Shown here piece by piece: positions 41,991-54,678 of a stretch of DNA of 64,000 nucleotides. Positions within the stretch are counted from its first letter, which is position 1; each line of letters starts with the position of its first letter. The notes under the pieces are model-generated. The model was given only the letters and a program-made list of their open reading frames with translations. It searched no databases and had not been told where the DNA came from. The DNA comes from Curvularia clavata (taxonomy: Eukaryota), in the NCBI GenBank assembly GCA_023920165.1, contig CP089274.1, positions 4,154,001 through 4,218,000 of the forward strand. The letters run 5' to 3'. The translations under genes were made by a program, and so were the position numbers.

Positions 41991-44111
41991 AGAAGAGACT
42001 CAGCAATGTGTCTTTAGTATTTCCTTAGGTTTCTGGTATCTTGGGCGTCGATGCCGGCTGTGTTCGTTAGAAGATGTAAGCTTCAAGCATCAAGTTTGGG
42101 CTTCTGGTCTTGGCAAGACGCTACATACCAAAAAAGTAGTCACACGTGATGATCTCCTTGCAATGAGTGCTCATCCTACTCAGGTGTTGCCATGGATAAC
42201 ACCGAGTTGTATTATAATTCCTCTTGTCTCCGAAAAGTGCACAGCCTCTGTAACAAGAGTTTGAAGAAACACCACTGATCTCTCTGGAAGCCTGCTGTCC
42301 TCATTGTTTCAGCATCCACCTCCTGCTTGCACGGAATTTATACCACTGACTGTAGAGAAATGCTCGAAATAATTACTACATAGCTCACCCATTTTGGTTT
42401 CCTGCAGTGGCGATCTATGACAATACACAAATATCCAATTGAAAAATTCCAAACAAGAGCTATCACTGAACAGTATTCTCAGATGCGCTGATTTTCCCGA
42501 GTCATAACAGTGTCAATGGGATACAAGCGTTGCGACACGCTTATCCGCAGAGATCGTCGAACCTAGTTCCTAAACGGCTGAAGTTGAACTCTCATCGCAA
42601 GAGAATACCATACTACAGCTTGCCCACCCATAAGCGCCTGAACTCCGACGGGTCACCTAGAAATATTCTGTAAGGCGGTAGTACATAGTAAAGCTGTACA
42701 GGCTTCCACTTTGAAGTGATCAGTTGCGAGGCTATAAGGTGGTAGATCAGCTTTCACGTCAAAAATTTATTAGGATGATATTGCTTCAACGTCATGTAAC
42801 TTACCATTTCAGTAGATCGAGGAGGATCTTCAAAGTGGGTGTTACGCTCTACGAGTTGTGTTTGCTCAGCTTGAGCCGCTGGGACGGCCGCCATAAGACT
42901 GAAAAGGGTTCTAAAATGAATATATAATTCATGGTCGCTGTTTCATGTAGTTGTTGAAAAATTTTGACAGTGAAGTTAATGTTCTGAGAAGAAGATAGTT
43001 TGAGGAGGGAACGGGTAAGCATAATATGATTTTTACATCTATCAATCCAATACTCTACTCTCATTATAGTTAGTATGCTCTGGTTTAGGTTATGTTCAAA
43101 AACGTGAGCCAACGTCAGCGTAGCATCTGTCCGCCATACGTAGTCCTTATTCGGCCCTGATTAGGTCCTTATTCGGTCCTAAATCGAGATGGAATGTGCG
43201 ATGTAAGTCTCACTTTGACTCTTTGCTCTTGACTCCGATCATTGAACAACAGAAGCACAGAAAACAAAGCAACTTCGATGCTCCATGTGCGATCGATGTA
43301 GTGATTTTTCATACTCTACGGTCCCACCACGGTCCGTAATACAGCATTACCCGTGGGAATGCCTCGGCCCGTGGTAAAATGTAGCATGTCCATCTTAGTC
43401 AGGGTGCACGTCTCTTTGAATAAGCTTACAGTGACATATCAAACAAAAATACGGCGTAGCCTATCCTCCCGATCGATAGTCTCAGCCACGACCAGTTATG
43501 ACGATCGAGATCCAATTGTCATTATATAGCTACTCGACAGCGTTCTCAAGCTTCAGCAACGCCCGAAGTATCCAAAAGAAGGTTCGATCGGATCATTGAG
43601 GGGACCGGTGCTCGTATGAATGTGCAAAAGGGGGAAGAAAGAGAGTTACGACTTGAGAAGGCTGAAATATTAAAGGTGAGAAGTATCACTTCCTGCACAA
43701 GCTTTGAACAGCTGGAGAAAAATGTATAGCACAGCAGAAATGAGCTTTGCTGAGGCTTCCTCACTGCCTCGAACGGAAATCAGAGATAATTCAATGCATA
43801 TCCGGCCATTGAAACGATGGGCTGCCGTAACAGCTCACGATCATGACATCACACTTCTCCGTACATGTTGGTGGTTTAGATTACCTGTAGGGAGCACCAT
43901 GCTACTCAATTGAAATTCCTCGTAGTTGCCATTATGGTAGGTGATTGTTGAGTCTCGGTTTCGTTGGATTAGGAACATGTTTTGTTGGGTATGAACAAGT
44001 TCAGAATACTATATGGGTGGACACCGTATAATATTTGGTGAAATAGCAAATCGACACAGACATCATGTTCGTTTGGGGAAACATCACACTGACTGGTTTC
44101 ATACAATAAAT

Positions 44112-46655
44112 TCATTGCAGTAGAAAATTAACCAAACCGGAGACCTCTGCAAATATGGAAATTCTGGGCCACATGAGCTGCATCCTGGCAAAAAACACAG
44201 ACACAATGCTTAGCAAAGCTTGATCCAAAGGATCATAATCCTTTTCTGGTCCTGTGGCGACACGTAACGAAAGTAAGCATGCAGCAAGGATGCTGAGCCG
44301 AATTAGGTGACTAGGCATGTCAGAATTATTACAGCATGAGTGACTTTCTTCTTTGTAACACTTACCAGGTTTGTAGAAGATCGTCAAAAGATAAAATACT
44401 CGAAAACAAGATAACCTCTCGGACCGAACGTTTGGATAGATCTTGGTGTCCCTGGTGTAGAGTAGGAGTGGCGGGGGACGAACAAGACAAACTGATGATA
44501 CCTAATTGAACTAGAGCCTCTTGATAGCGGCAGAAGATTTGATTTTCGAAGCGTGCCGTAGCAGCAGCATTTAACGATTGGACATATGGGTCTGTTTTGG
44601 CTGACTGGTACCACTCGCCAAGTGTTGTTGACAGCTTTACAATCATAGGATTAAGGTCTTTCGCTATAGGTTGTTTTACACTCTGCCAAAGTTCTAAGAC
44701 CTTGACACAGATTTTAGAGTATACAATCCTAATCCTTAGCCACCCTGGATATTGTGGTGGTGCATTAGCGTCCTTAAATTTGTCTTTGAATAGGTTTAAA
44801 GTTGGAAGAGAATCCTCCCTCAGTGTCTTTGCCAGCTGTATTAGCCACATTTTGTACTAGAAGAGAGGTGAAGCGTACAGGGAAGGTCTGCCACCTCAGG
44901 GCGTGAGCCTTATCTATGCAGTGAAGAACCCACATGGCGTGCGTGGCCTGAGCCTGCTTGCTTCTAACGCCAGGATAGTGTAGGCCCAAGGCTGAAGCAA
45001 CTAAGGAAGCATCACATATTAAGTTTGGTAACTTGTTTAACCCGATAATCTCAGCGAAACAGACCTAGATATGTTAGCCAACATCTATTCTGATTCCAGG
45101 GAGATCGAACGCACTATCGCTACAAGGGCCTGATATAGTTTAGTATGAGTTTAGCGATGAGCTGAGAAGACTCACTAGGAATTTTTGAACTGTATTGTTC
45201 TGTTGGAGAAGACACTTTGAGAGTACTGGAATAGTATCTACTAGTGCTACTAACATGGACAAGTCTCCTTCCCGAGGATCTAGGAGTGCTCCCCATGTAA
45301 ACGACACAACGAGCACTGATAGGTCGCTGATGTTAATTGCTGGCCTATCCCACTTGACAAAGCGCTCTTGAACACGCAGAACATCTTCCTCTCTGTTGAA
45401 CATAGCTAGCCTAGTTAAGAGTAAGTACACCTAGCCACTCTGAAATGAATTCAACTTACCCAAATGGTTCTTGGAATGCTCCTGTGGCCGGTTAGTAACT
45501 CATGTATGTACATTATAACTGTATCTCAGAGCATCGTTAACGTACTTTTGATGAGCCTCTCCATAGGTAGTGAATATAGATCTATACCATGGCTTACTCC
45601 ATCACATTCGGCCTGGCGCAAGAGACTGGGCAAGCAAATTTGATGTTCTAGTGACAGTACGCTTTTGATCTTGTCCAGTGTTGTTTGCTGCCGAAGGTCT
45701 GTAATTTTCGTTTCTCGGAAAAACCCGTCGATTCTGTGCGCTTTTGGTCCCAGGAAAGAAGGTTCCTTAGTCAATTTAGTGGTATTGACTTGAGATAAGA
45801 GATGGTGGCACCTACTTCGACGTTTTCATTCGCTATGCGAGCAGTGAGTGCATCCAAAACTGATATAGGAGAACGATGTTCTGCTTGAATCTCAACAGGA
45901 TTTTCGGACCAGATCACATGGTCCAGCAACAGACTTGAATCAAAGCTCTCTTTGAGGGTATTCGGTGGCAATGTATCATGTTCAACACCATGATATCGGC
46001 TCTCCTCTACTTGGGTAATTACGTGACAATTTTGTTCTGGTTTCTCATTAGCTATTTATACTCAGATAAAAATTCTTCTTTTCTCCTTTTTTTCAACTCC
46101 ATGAATCCACACTCTCATAATTAGATCTATAATAAAAGGTCGTAGGACGTACCCATGTCTTTTGGAAAATAGTTGTCAAGGATACTCGTTTCACATAGAC
46201 CTAAATCAAGAAACAGTGGTGTAGATTCAGGTGTTGGCTGGAAGAAACGATCATCTGTTGTAGAAGCTACAGTGGCTCCCAAAATGCCCTTGACTTGATT
46301 CACAACAGTTTCAGGTGAATCGTTTTGACTGGACAGAACGGGAATCATGTCTTCAGTGATTGGGTCCTGCTGCAAGCGCTGCGCGATTTCCCTTTGGTGA
46401 CGACGCTGTGCACGATCTGTATGGACATATTCGCAAGGCGATGAACTTCGCTATCGAACGGTGAGCTAGGCCTAAGAAAAAGAACCGGGCTTATCAAATA
46501 CTTCACATTGGCTGCAAGGCTTTGCCCCATCACCTGCAGCTATGTCTCAGTAATCGTAGAGAGCGTTAAGAAACAGCCTTACATCTAATTCTTCTCTGAC
46601 GACAAAGTTTGCAAGCGCCTCTCCGTCGGATAAGCTTGGGGCGAGGAGGATGCAT
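44112..46655 (-). CDS. Zn(II)2Cys6 fungal transcription factor with middle-homology domain, 11 exons
   Basis: Splicing from ATG 46655 gives MHPPRPKLIRRRGA-CKLCRQRRIRC/DGAKPCSQCE/RSSSPC (CX2CX6CX5CX2CX6C; introns 46534-46582 and 46451-46501). Eight further GT-AG introns keep the frame through LGLH...AMWVLHCIDKAHALR (Fungal_trans-like) to the stop at 44112. Confidence 0.85.
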
Positions 46656-47478
46656 GCAGAAGAAGAAATCAATAGTTGCCTATCCAAAAGCAAAGAGTAT
46701 TTCTGAGCAAAAGGTATGAGAATCGTAGACCCACATCATTCATATAGCTCCCTGACGTAAGAGTGTTAAGAACTATCTCGAGGTAGGCATTTTCCTGGCG
46801 CCATGCAACTCAAGAATGGGAACAGCCAATGGTTTTCAACCGGTGGAGTATACCCCGCGTCAGAAAGCCACAATAGCATGGGGCAGCTATGCTTGATCAA
46901 ATGCCATCCCTGATAAGAGCTTTCCTCGTACGCGTATGTTGTGCCAAAGGGACTCCATCCGCCAATCTCCGGCGCCTGGCGCCAAGATGTCAGGACTTTA
47001 CAGCACAATTCTAGATTGTGTATCTGACTCATCACCTGGAGTCAGGGAACTATCCGGCCCAAGATAGTAGTAGCGGCAAATGCCTGCTACCCGTTTATAC
47101 TGATATTCAAGGAAAACTATGAGAACAGCACAGGCTTACATGTCAGTGCTCTCTTTGACCGAACAAGCACCGATTTTAGGCAACTCACTGTTTGCATCTC
47201 TATTTTTCTTCTAAAACAGCGAGAATCTAAGAAAAGTAATATAACAAGCTCTCTTTCCAAATTTCTGTCTAACATGTAAATCAATCAAGATTTGTCGCGT
47301 CCCTCTATTACGATCAATGTAGAGATTATATGACCCAATCATGTACGCAGAAGCTGATTCTACTGCCTAGACATCCTAATAACGGTCATCTTACTTAGCA
47401 AAATTTAGGCCACTGTAAGACTTGATCTCACCGAGTCGGCTCCTTTATGCCAGATGGGTCCGGGGCTTTACCTAGATA

Positions 47479-47559
47479 CACAACAGGGGTAAGCCTGTTA
47501 TCCCATCGACTTGGCTTCATTATCCCCAACAGGGTCGAGACTTCACAACAGGGATAAGC
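47479..47559. promoter_or_regulatory. Repeated motif cluster (CACAACAGGGRTAAGC x2 plus partial/inverted copies) ~0.85 kb upstream of the Zn2Cys6 gene
   Basis: 16-mer direct repeat with 1 mismatch at 47479-47494 and 47544-47559, CAACAGGG at 47527, and TTATCCC at 47498 and 47520. Confidence 0.4.
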
Positions 47560-50524
47560 ATGCAACCTTGCCAAGCCGGTTTCTTCCTGGGTACAAAGTT
47601 AGTCGTTTCTTACCATCATCATCAGTTTCCCGATATGTAACCAATCAGAACTTATTACCTACAGGCTCACACTGCGACTGTCCGTCTTCAGATTATCTGA
47701 AAACTAGAGATGTTTGAAAGTAAAATAGATCAACGCGTCTAGAACAACGCTATCGAGTTCAAGACTTCCGCACAGCGGAGAGGACCGCAATCCTATTCCC
47801 AGCCGTCTTATGAGATGCACGGCAAGCGTCAGGCGCTGCGCTGACTATATATACTATCCTGTGCAGAGCATTAGCAGAACGCCGATTACTCGTACCTTTT
47901 TGGTTGCAGTAGCCCAGTGGCACAGTTGGCTGAGCTTCTGACAGCAAGGCTTTGAACACCCCTGCCACAAGATTGAGTCTTGCCCTGGCTGCTGTGAATA
48001 TATCACAACCCTTTTCTTAGGGAATGGGTGCGCCATTATGTCTGTAAGACACCACATTCCACGTACACCGGATAATGTAGTCTCTAGGACTTTTGCTTAA
48101 TCTTACAGCGGCTTGAAGGGAGACTGGTAGGATATGTGGATACAATAGTCTTGAGTAGAGAGCGGTACGGCGGACACGCTCTCTTGTCCAAAGCTCGATA
48201 TGGTTCCCACCGTTGGTTTGGAAAAGAGTTGAAGAGGTCCATGCTCTCATTCCACCCGGTTTTCTCCGCTTGAAAGATATCATAAAAAAGTGAGATTTTC
48301 GAATAAAGCTTGGTGGGGATGAGCATATGGTTGCCAGTGGTGGATAATTTGGTTGTTTACAACAGAGCGATTTAGATCGCAATTTACGCATCCAAGGACC
48401 TAGTCGGCGTCTGAGACCACCCATGTGCTACTGCGCCAGCTTGGACCAGCTTTACGGAAATGCCATATAGCCATGCTGACATGATTCAGAGTGAGATGCA
48501 AAAAAAATGTCAACTAAGGTTCCTGGTGTCTATGCACCAATAAGCAGGTCAATATGTAGATAAGGGACGGCAAATATTTTGACTTGGGTTGGGCCGACAT
48601 TGCTATCAGTGCTGCAAACGAGGCGTGTAATGTTTTCATGTTTCGAATGATGCTGACATACTTGAGGGTAGTTCGGGACACTCCGGGCTTTTCCTCAGCG
48701 CTCTGCTTGGCGTCGCCCGGTTTCTTTATACGCTCGAACCAATGTCATATGGGAAAGTAGAGACCCTGTGGAGCTTGGCGAGTTTTATACATCATAGTCG
48801 GCGTTTGCTAGTTCGGGTCTCATCCGCAGTATCTGGTGGTCATTAGTTAATGTATGGAAGAGGGAAGAAAAGCTATCTTTTTCGGTAAGGCTGACCATAT
48901 TGTTGGCTTTCTCATGCAAATGAACAAATGACTAAGTTATCCAAAGTAATGCCGTAATCCTTCCTATCACGCTATCCACTCTCATTGACGAGACACTGCT
49001 TTGCCGACGCTCGGATTGCTACACCTTGAGTAAGACCTCGGACCTCCAACTCCGCTGTATCTTTTTTTTTTTTTTAAAAAAAAAAACCCCCCGGAACCAG
49101 ACACATGAATCACAACAAATCTGGTCTCTTGCATCTCATGAATGCAACACAACATATAGATCGCTACCCAAAAAGCCCACACGTGACGAATGGACATACC
49201 GACGGGATGGTAGCTACGATGCGGTCTCGGCTTTAATGAGACTTCTGTCTTTCCTCACTACTTCAAAGCCACCACCAGAGACAAACTTGTGAACAGAGGT
49301 GTAATGGCACGTGATGTTGGAGTAATGACAAGTCACGTGCTATACAACAATGGGAAAAGGAAGGTGCAACAATATTATCTCCCACCTAGCATAATACGGA
49401 CGGCCCTGGCTTTGTCCTTCCCCCAGTCATCGCGCAACTTACCATCTCGAAGCCGACTGCATGTTGAGTTTCATAGCAATGTTCCGCCTGAAGCAAGCAG
49501 CGAGTAGACAGCCAAGTCGCTCGGCCTCGATGTTACTGCAACGCTATGCCCAGCTCAACGCGACAAATGCTACCGAGCCGCTATCATGATCGCCGATTCT
49601 GCGAACATTCCTGGATTTTTCTCAATGCAAACCAGCAGTTGTTCTCCGCCCTTGGCTCTTGGATCTTGGACATTGGAGGCCGAGCCATAGCCCAGCGGTC
49701 TGGCAATCCTGGATGCTGTCTCAGGACCCTGCCACGAAACAGGTATTACCCGTGTTAGGAGCGTTGAAAGTGCATCCTCATTTGAACCATCTGCAGGTCC
49801 AACGACGAATAGGCGAGACACCGATGATCCGGTAATGGGTACGTCACACCCACCTAACCTTGTCGGCTCTGTTGGTGTAGTATGACTTGGCAAAAATTAG
49901 TGCCAGGATTCGGATGCGCTCATGCCGAAACCAAAAGGCAAATACACCAGGGAGACACAACCACGTTGTTGTCAGTTGTCTAGCGCTGCTCTGGCAGTGG
50001 CTATCTCAACAGAGATCAAGTGGCGCAGCCTGGACACGGAGCTGCTGATGGAATTCAGCAATTGGCCCCCACCTGCATGAGCTGAAAGATGGCGGCCCAA
50101 ATATAGGCTGGCTCCACTGCGGGGACCAGCCGCCCTACGAGTCCGCCATAGTGATAGCAGCCTGAGCTCACCGTGTTTTGTGCGAAACATTTGGCTTTGC
50201 ACGGGATCGCATGGGCTGGGAGGGTATAGGAACAGAGCACAGCGCTTTCAGGGTCTCTCTGACATTCCTCTCACCACGTGCGCGACGCGTATGCCTATGC
50301 CGGTCTTGGGCACTGGTGATTACTACTGCTACGCTAACAGCATACTTACACAAGCAATTACACCGTCAGCAGGGAGCTTATTATCCGTCTTCTAGCCCCC
50401 TCGCCAGGCGCCCACCCTCCTCGCTCAAGCCGCATCAGCAGGAGTTTTGCGTAGAAACACTCTTCTCCCACCCACTCAACACCCCTATTCCCCAGTGTCC
50501 AGACGTTGATCGCCGACCACCAAC

Positions 50525-51682
50525 ATGATGCGCAAAAAGGTATCGTATGTGCAAATTACGCCCATACCCTCCTTCATACCGCGCCAGCTCGCCATCGACT
50601 TCCTGCATAACCACGCCGAAATTCTCGAGCTGAATCCGCTCGTCACCGGCCATGAGCCCATCAAAGCACCGCGCGACGCCCCCGCTGACGAGTTTTACTC
50701 GACTTGGTATGAGATCTCACAGCGCATCCAGTACATACCCGGCATTGGTAAAATGGGTAGCGGCGCGATCAAGTTTCGGGGCGTGTTCCACGACCTACCC
50801 TTCGGTCTGCAGACACATACATATGCGCCTGCGAATGTCGACCTGCGAAACAAATGGCAGGTCTGTGGAAACCAACCTGGTGAACCACCGGAGCCAAAGG
50901 AACTAGGCTCTAGTGCGCCGCCAGAAGGACTATACATCAGAGAAGACGTTGAGATCAAATGCAATGTCGCCATGGTGAGCTTTGTAAAGAAAGAGATGCA
51001 GGCTGCCGCCAAAGTCATGGTAGACAGGTTGGTGAAGAAGGCGGAACTGCTCGACTCTGGTGCAATTCAAGCGATGATGGAGAATGGCCGACTGAAGACA
51101 ATCAACCCAGCAGATCGCTCAGCATATAATCACACCTCGCCACATCCATCACCGACACAACCATACCAAACACCCGGATCGCCCGGCCAGTCGCCATCTT
51201 ACCTTCATCGGCAGAGCCTAAGCTATGCCCAACCCGACCAGCAATATGCCCCTCCTGTTCCACCAAAGCAACTTCTCGGTCAGAACAACGTTGTCATGGA
51301 ACTTCCCGGCGATTTCTACTATCCCCAATCGTCCCCGTCGCAGACGCAGGCGCAGTTCAATGAGAAACGTGCCTCTTATGCTTCCGAACCGTCACAAGCT
51401 TCTCCCCGATTGCAAGACGTACGCTGGTCGACAACCTCACATAGCACAATGTCGTCACGGCCAAGCTCCTATGCTCCGTCCGAGGGCATGCGCTCGCCCG
51501 GGCTCGAGGGAAAGGCATTTGCGACTGAGCTACCCACCATGGAAGAGACAAGGGAAGAGCACGACACGAGACAGAGGAGGGAAAGTGGACAAAAACTTCC
51601 GCAACAGTATACCTACAACCCGCAAGACTTTGCAAGGACTCAGCAACAGTATGCACAGGGATCGCCGTACCCGGGCTACTGA
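50525..51682 (+). CDS. Conserved fungal protein (DUF7053-like N-terminal domain + disordered P/Q/S tail)
   Basis: TPIPSFIPRQLAIDFLHNH.E...LNPLV, FHDLPFGLQTHTYAP and LYIREDVEIKCN..VSFVKK, resembling this fungal family as I recall it. Confidence 0.75.
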   Translation: MMRKKVSYVQITPIPSFIPRQLAIDFLHNHAEILELNPLVTGHEPIKAPRDAPADEFYSTWYEISQRIQYIPGIGKMGSGAIKFRGVFHDLPFGLQTHTYAPANVDLRNKWQVCGNQPGEPPEPKELGSSAPPEGLYIREDVEIKCNVAMVSFVKKEMQAAAKVMVDRLVKKAELLDSGAIQAMMENGRLKTINPADRSAYNHTSPHPSPTQPYQTPGSPGQSPSYLHRQSLSYAQPDQQYAPPVPPKQLLGQNNVVMELPGDFYYPQSSPSQTQAQFNEKRASYASEPSQASPRLQDVRWSTTSHSTMSSRPSSYAPSEGMRSPGLEGKAFATELPTMEETREEHDTRQRRESGQKLPQQYTYNPQDFARTQQQYAQGSPYPGY

Positions 51683-51914
51683 AAGTTTGGTTTCCGCGCC
51701 CTTTTTGAACGATTTTCCTTTCTTTTGTGAGCGGGGAGTAAAAGATGACGACGGATAACGAAATGCTTTTGTGAATTTCGGCGTTGGTCATATACAGGGA
51801 CATACTCAGGATGGCTTGGACACTATAAATTGGTTTTCAGATATCCCTTTGCGCCTTGTAACGGTTGAGCAACGTAATGTTATTTTCTTGTTAATCGCAA
51901 GTGCCAACTCTTCT

Positions 51915-53165
51915 CTAAACCACCACTACGTTCAAAGCGCGCTTCTGGTTTTTCCTGATCTCTACCCACCCGTCTGCCTCCACCCTCACGATCTTACCAT
52001 CTACACAAATGCGTCTCCAGCGGCTGTCTTTCTCCATACCCTTGAACCGGATGCGCAGGCCATCGATATCCTCATAGCGTACAGCCGGGTCGTGCACATG
52101 CGAACCCCCTTGATACGCTAAACCCATGATACGCATCGCATCGTCTCCACTCGTCGGGCCGAAATGCACGAGACGCATGCTCCCGTCGAGCGGGCTGGTA
52201 CTCGGAGAAATGCAAAACGGCTGTTCGAGATGCGACACGAGCGTTGCCAAGACGTACATGTGCTCCTGTTGTTCCAGCTGTATCCACTGGCCGTTCTGGA
52301 ACACCTCGATGCAGGCCTTGTAGGCATGGGGTGCGGCACCGTCGGCAGGATACAGAGCTTCCTTTGCGGCCATTTTGAAGCGCTCGACGCCGTATTGGCG
52401 GTAGTGCGCGGTATCGCTGTCGCCGACAAGAGAGGCGTGCATGCCCCAGCTTGCTACAACTGCACCGTGGAGCACGCCGTTGCCGTCTTCATTCTGCGGC
52501 AGACTTTGTTCGCTGCGTGCCTCGTCGACTAGCAGACGTGCGCCTGGGGAAAAGGAAGCTGTGAAGACGGGGAGAGGCTTGGACACTGTCGATCCAAGGG
52601 TGTTGATACCCCAGCTTAGTGGTTTCCCTGCGTTGATGGAATGGTACAGGGCGTTTGCGGTTCCGAGAGGCAACAAAACGACCTCTGGGGGAACGTATGC
52701 GTCGCTTTGCGGGGGAGGTACCAGACCATTGACTAAGTCGACAATGCCACCGTCCCCCGAGAGCAAGATGATGCGAATGGGGTTTCCGCTGTTTGCAGCC
52801 GGGAAGAAGATGTTATTTGTCAAGTCGGAGATGCTGGCTTCCGAGGTCGTGGTGTGAATTTTGAACTTTGATACCCCATCTTCGCCATGAATGGCTGTCA
52901 GAATCGGCTTCACAACATTCTGGAAGAAAGGCTCTGCTTGCCGGCCACCAGACCCTATGGAAACAATTACGTGTGTTTCGCGTTGGGAAGATTGTTTATC
53001 TGGGAGTGGGGATTCAAGAGCTCGTTTGGAGATGTCCAGTAGTTTTGGTGGTTGGGTCGCGTCTTTGTTCTCTTCTAAAGTGATAGTGGTTTGAGATGTA
53101 CCGTCTATAGTACTTATATCAGCGGTAATTTTCCGAGGCTGAGGTGCCTCGTTCGGAGACGCCAT
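51915..53165 (-). CDS. Diacylglycerol/sphingosine kinase-like (DAGKc) protein
   Basis: VSIGSGGR.A, LLSGDGGIVDLVNGL, LPLGTANAL and C-terminal ICVDG. Confidence 0.85.
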   Translation of the reverse strand: MASPNEAPQPRKITADISTIDGTSQTTITLEENKDATQPPKLLDISKRALESPLPDKQSSQRETHVIVSIGSGGRQAEPFFQNVVKPILTAIHGEDGVSKFKIHTTTSEASISDLTNNIFFPAANSGNPIRIILLSGDGGIVDLVNGLVPPPQSDAYVPPEVVLLPLGTANALYHSINAGKPLSWGINTLGSTVSKPLPVFTASFSPGARLLVDEARSEQSLPQNEDGNGVLHGAVVASWGMHASLVGDSDTAHYRQYGVERFKMAAKEALYPADGAAPHAYKACIEVFQNGQWIQLEQQEHMYVLATLVSHLEQPFCISPSTSPLDGSMRLVHFGPTSGDDAMRIMGLAYQGGSHVHDPAVRYEDIDGLRIRFKGMEKDSRWRRICVDGKIVRVEADGWVEIRKNQKRALNVVVV

Positions 53166-53967
53166 GACTTAGGGGTTGGAGGGGTCAACTGAGGGGTGTG
53201 GAGCTATGAGAATGATATCATTGAGGGGCTGTTTGTCAATGCATGGGAAGCTTCTCAACGGAAGATGGAGAAGTTTGTGGTTGAGCCTATTTTTCTGCAT
53301 CTGATTGGTAATCCAGTCTTCGTCACTAACGAATATGTACCTATCATCAGGCTACATATTCCTATACCCACGTTTATCGTGCAGTAGAGAGACTTGGAGA
53401 CCAATTGCCGCACTGTGCCCTATTTTTATCGCCCGACAGCTGCGCTAGCCCGTACGCGGCACGCCAATAAACAGGCGCCGGTGGTCGAGCAGAACCAGAC
53501 TGCACACGTCTGTGTGAACTTGGAATTATGCAGTGGTAGCTTGCGGCGAAGATTATCCGCGGGAATAAACATGTTTTCTGTCTTGTTGAGACGGAAGACA
53601 GCATGATGAGAGAGCAAGCACGTGCTTGCGGACAGCGGCGGGAGTGAGGGTTACGTCATCACTTGGCGACGGGCGCTGAGAAAGAAGCCTAGAGTGAAGA
53701 GCGGGCAGCCAAAGACACAGCCTCGCTCTGTCAGCTGAACAAACATCTCAAGTACGACGTGCTGTATAAACCCAATCTCCCCAAACCGCACACGAGCCTC
53801 GCCGCCGCCGCCGCCTGTGCTCATCTTGCGGCCATACCCCGTCCGTAAAGGCCGAAAACCCAACCCACATCGTATCCGCGCCCTCGCGATAGCCTCTGTC
53901 ATCACGCACATGCGACACTAACCACCTCTCCTCTCCTCCACACTCTCGCACTGCCATCACCGCAACC

Positions 53968-54678
53968 ATGAACGGCTGGCTCGTCTTCGCCATCATCCTC
54001 ATCCTCGTCCTCTCCTTGACCTACTTTGGCTGGTATTTCTACGCGCGCTGGAATGCTTCGCGCAATGGCCTGCCCCCGCCGTCCATGAACCCTATGGTAG
54101 CTTTCAGCAGTTCCTCAGGCGCTGAAGCATCAAACTACCCGGGCCCCGCTCCTACAGGCATCAAAGGTTGGATCGACACCCAAGTACGCAAGTTCAAGAA
54201 CCGCAACAACAGGTACACGACCGGCAGCGGCTACGAAGACACGGGCTATGGAAATTCGCGCGGCGTCGGTGGCGGCCGTGGCGCTGGCAGTCGCTTGGAC
54301 CCCGACGAGGCATGGAGTTCCCGCGTGGGCGACGAAGCGTACTACGAAGAACAGGAGTTGGGCCTCCACGACCCTGTGTCTACCCACCAATCTGCAAATC
54401 CTTTTGCCGGTGAACCCGCTCGCGGCCGCAGTCGCACCCGTGAGTCGTACGACGAGCATCTCGATGCGCATAGCGGAAAGAATCCATTTGGCGACGACAA
54501 TGCGGCTAGTCTACGCGGCGTGAGCCCAAGACCCGTAATGGACGCTGATACTGGCTATCACGGTGCTGCGACGGCGACCATGCCCAGCGCGAAGCCGAAT
54601 AGGAAAAACGGGAGCATTGACAGCCATGATGATAGTCCGACAGAGAGTCGGCGGAGCGTGTTCAGGGAGGCAATATAG
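53968..54678 (+). CDS. Single-pass membrane hypothetical protein (N-terminal TM, NPF motifs in the tail)
   Basis: ACC-ATG start, a hydrophobic segment of ~23 aa, LDPDEAW..RV, YYEEQELGL, two NPF motifs and a C-terminal RRSVFREAI. Confidence 0.8.
   Translation: MNGWLVFAIILILVLSLTYFGWYFYARWNASRNGLPPPSMNPMVAFSSSSGAEASNYPGPAPTGIKGWIDTQVRKFKNRNNRYTTGSGYEDTGYGNSRGVGGGRGAGSRLDPDEAWSSRVGDEAYYEEQELGLHDPVSTHQSANPFAGEPARGRSRTRESYDEHLDAHSGKNPFGDDNAASLRGVSPRPVMDADTGYHGAATATMPSAKPNRKNGSIDSHDDSPTESRRSVFREAI

Noticed and set aside
47494..47504. CCTGTTATCCC resembling part of the I-SceI site
   Set aside because: Only 11 of 18 nt match and there is no vector context, so it is treated as chance.
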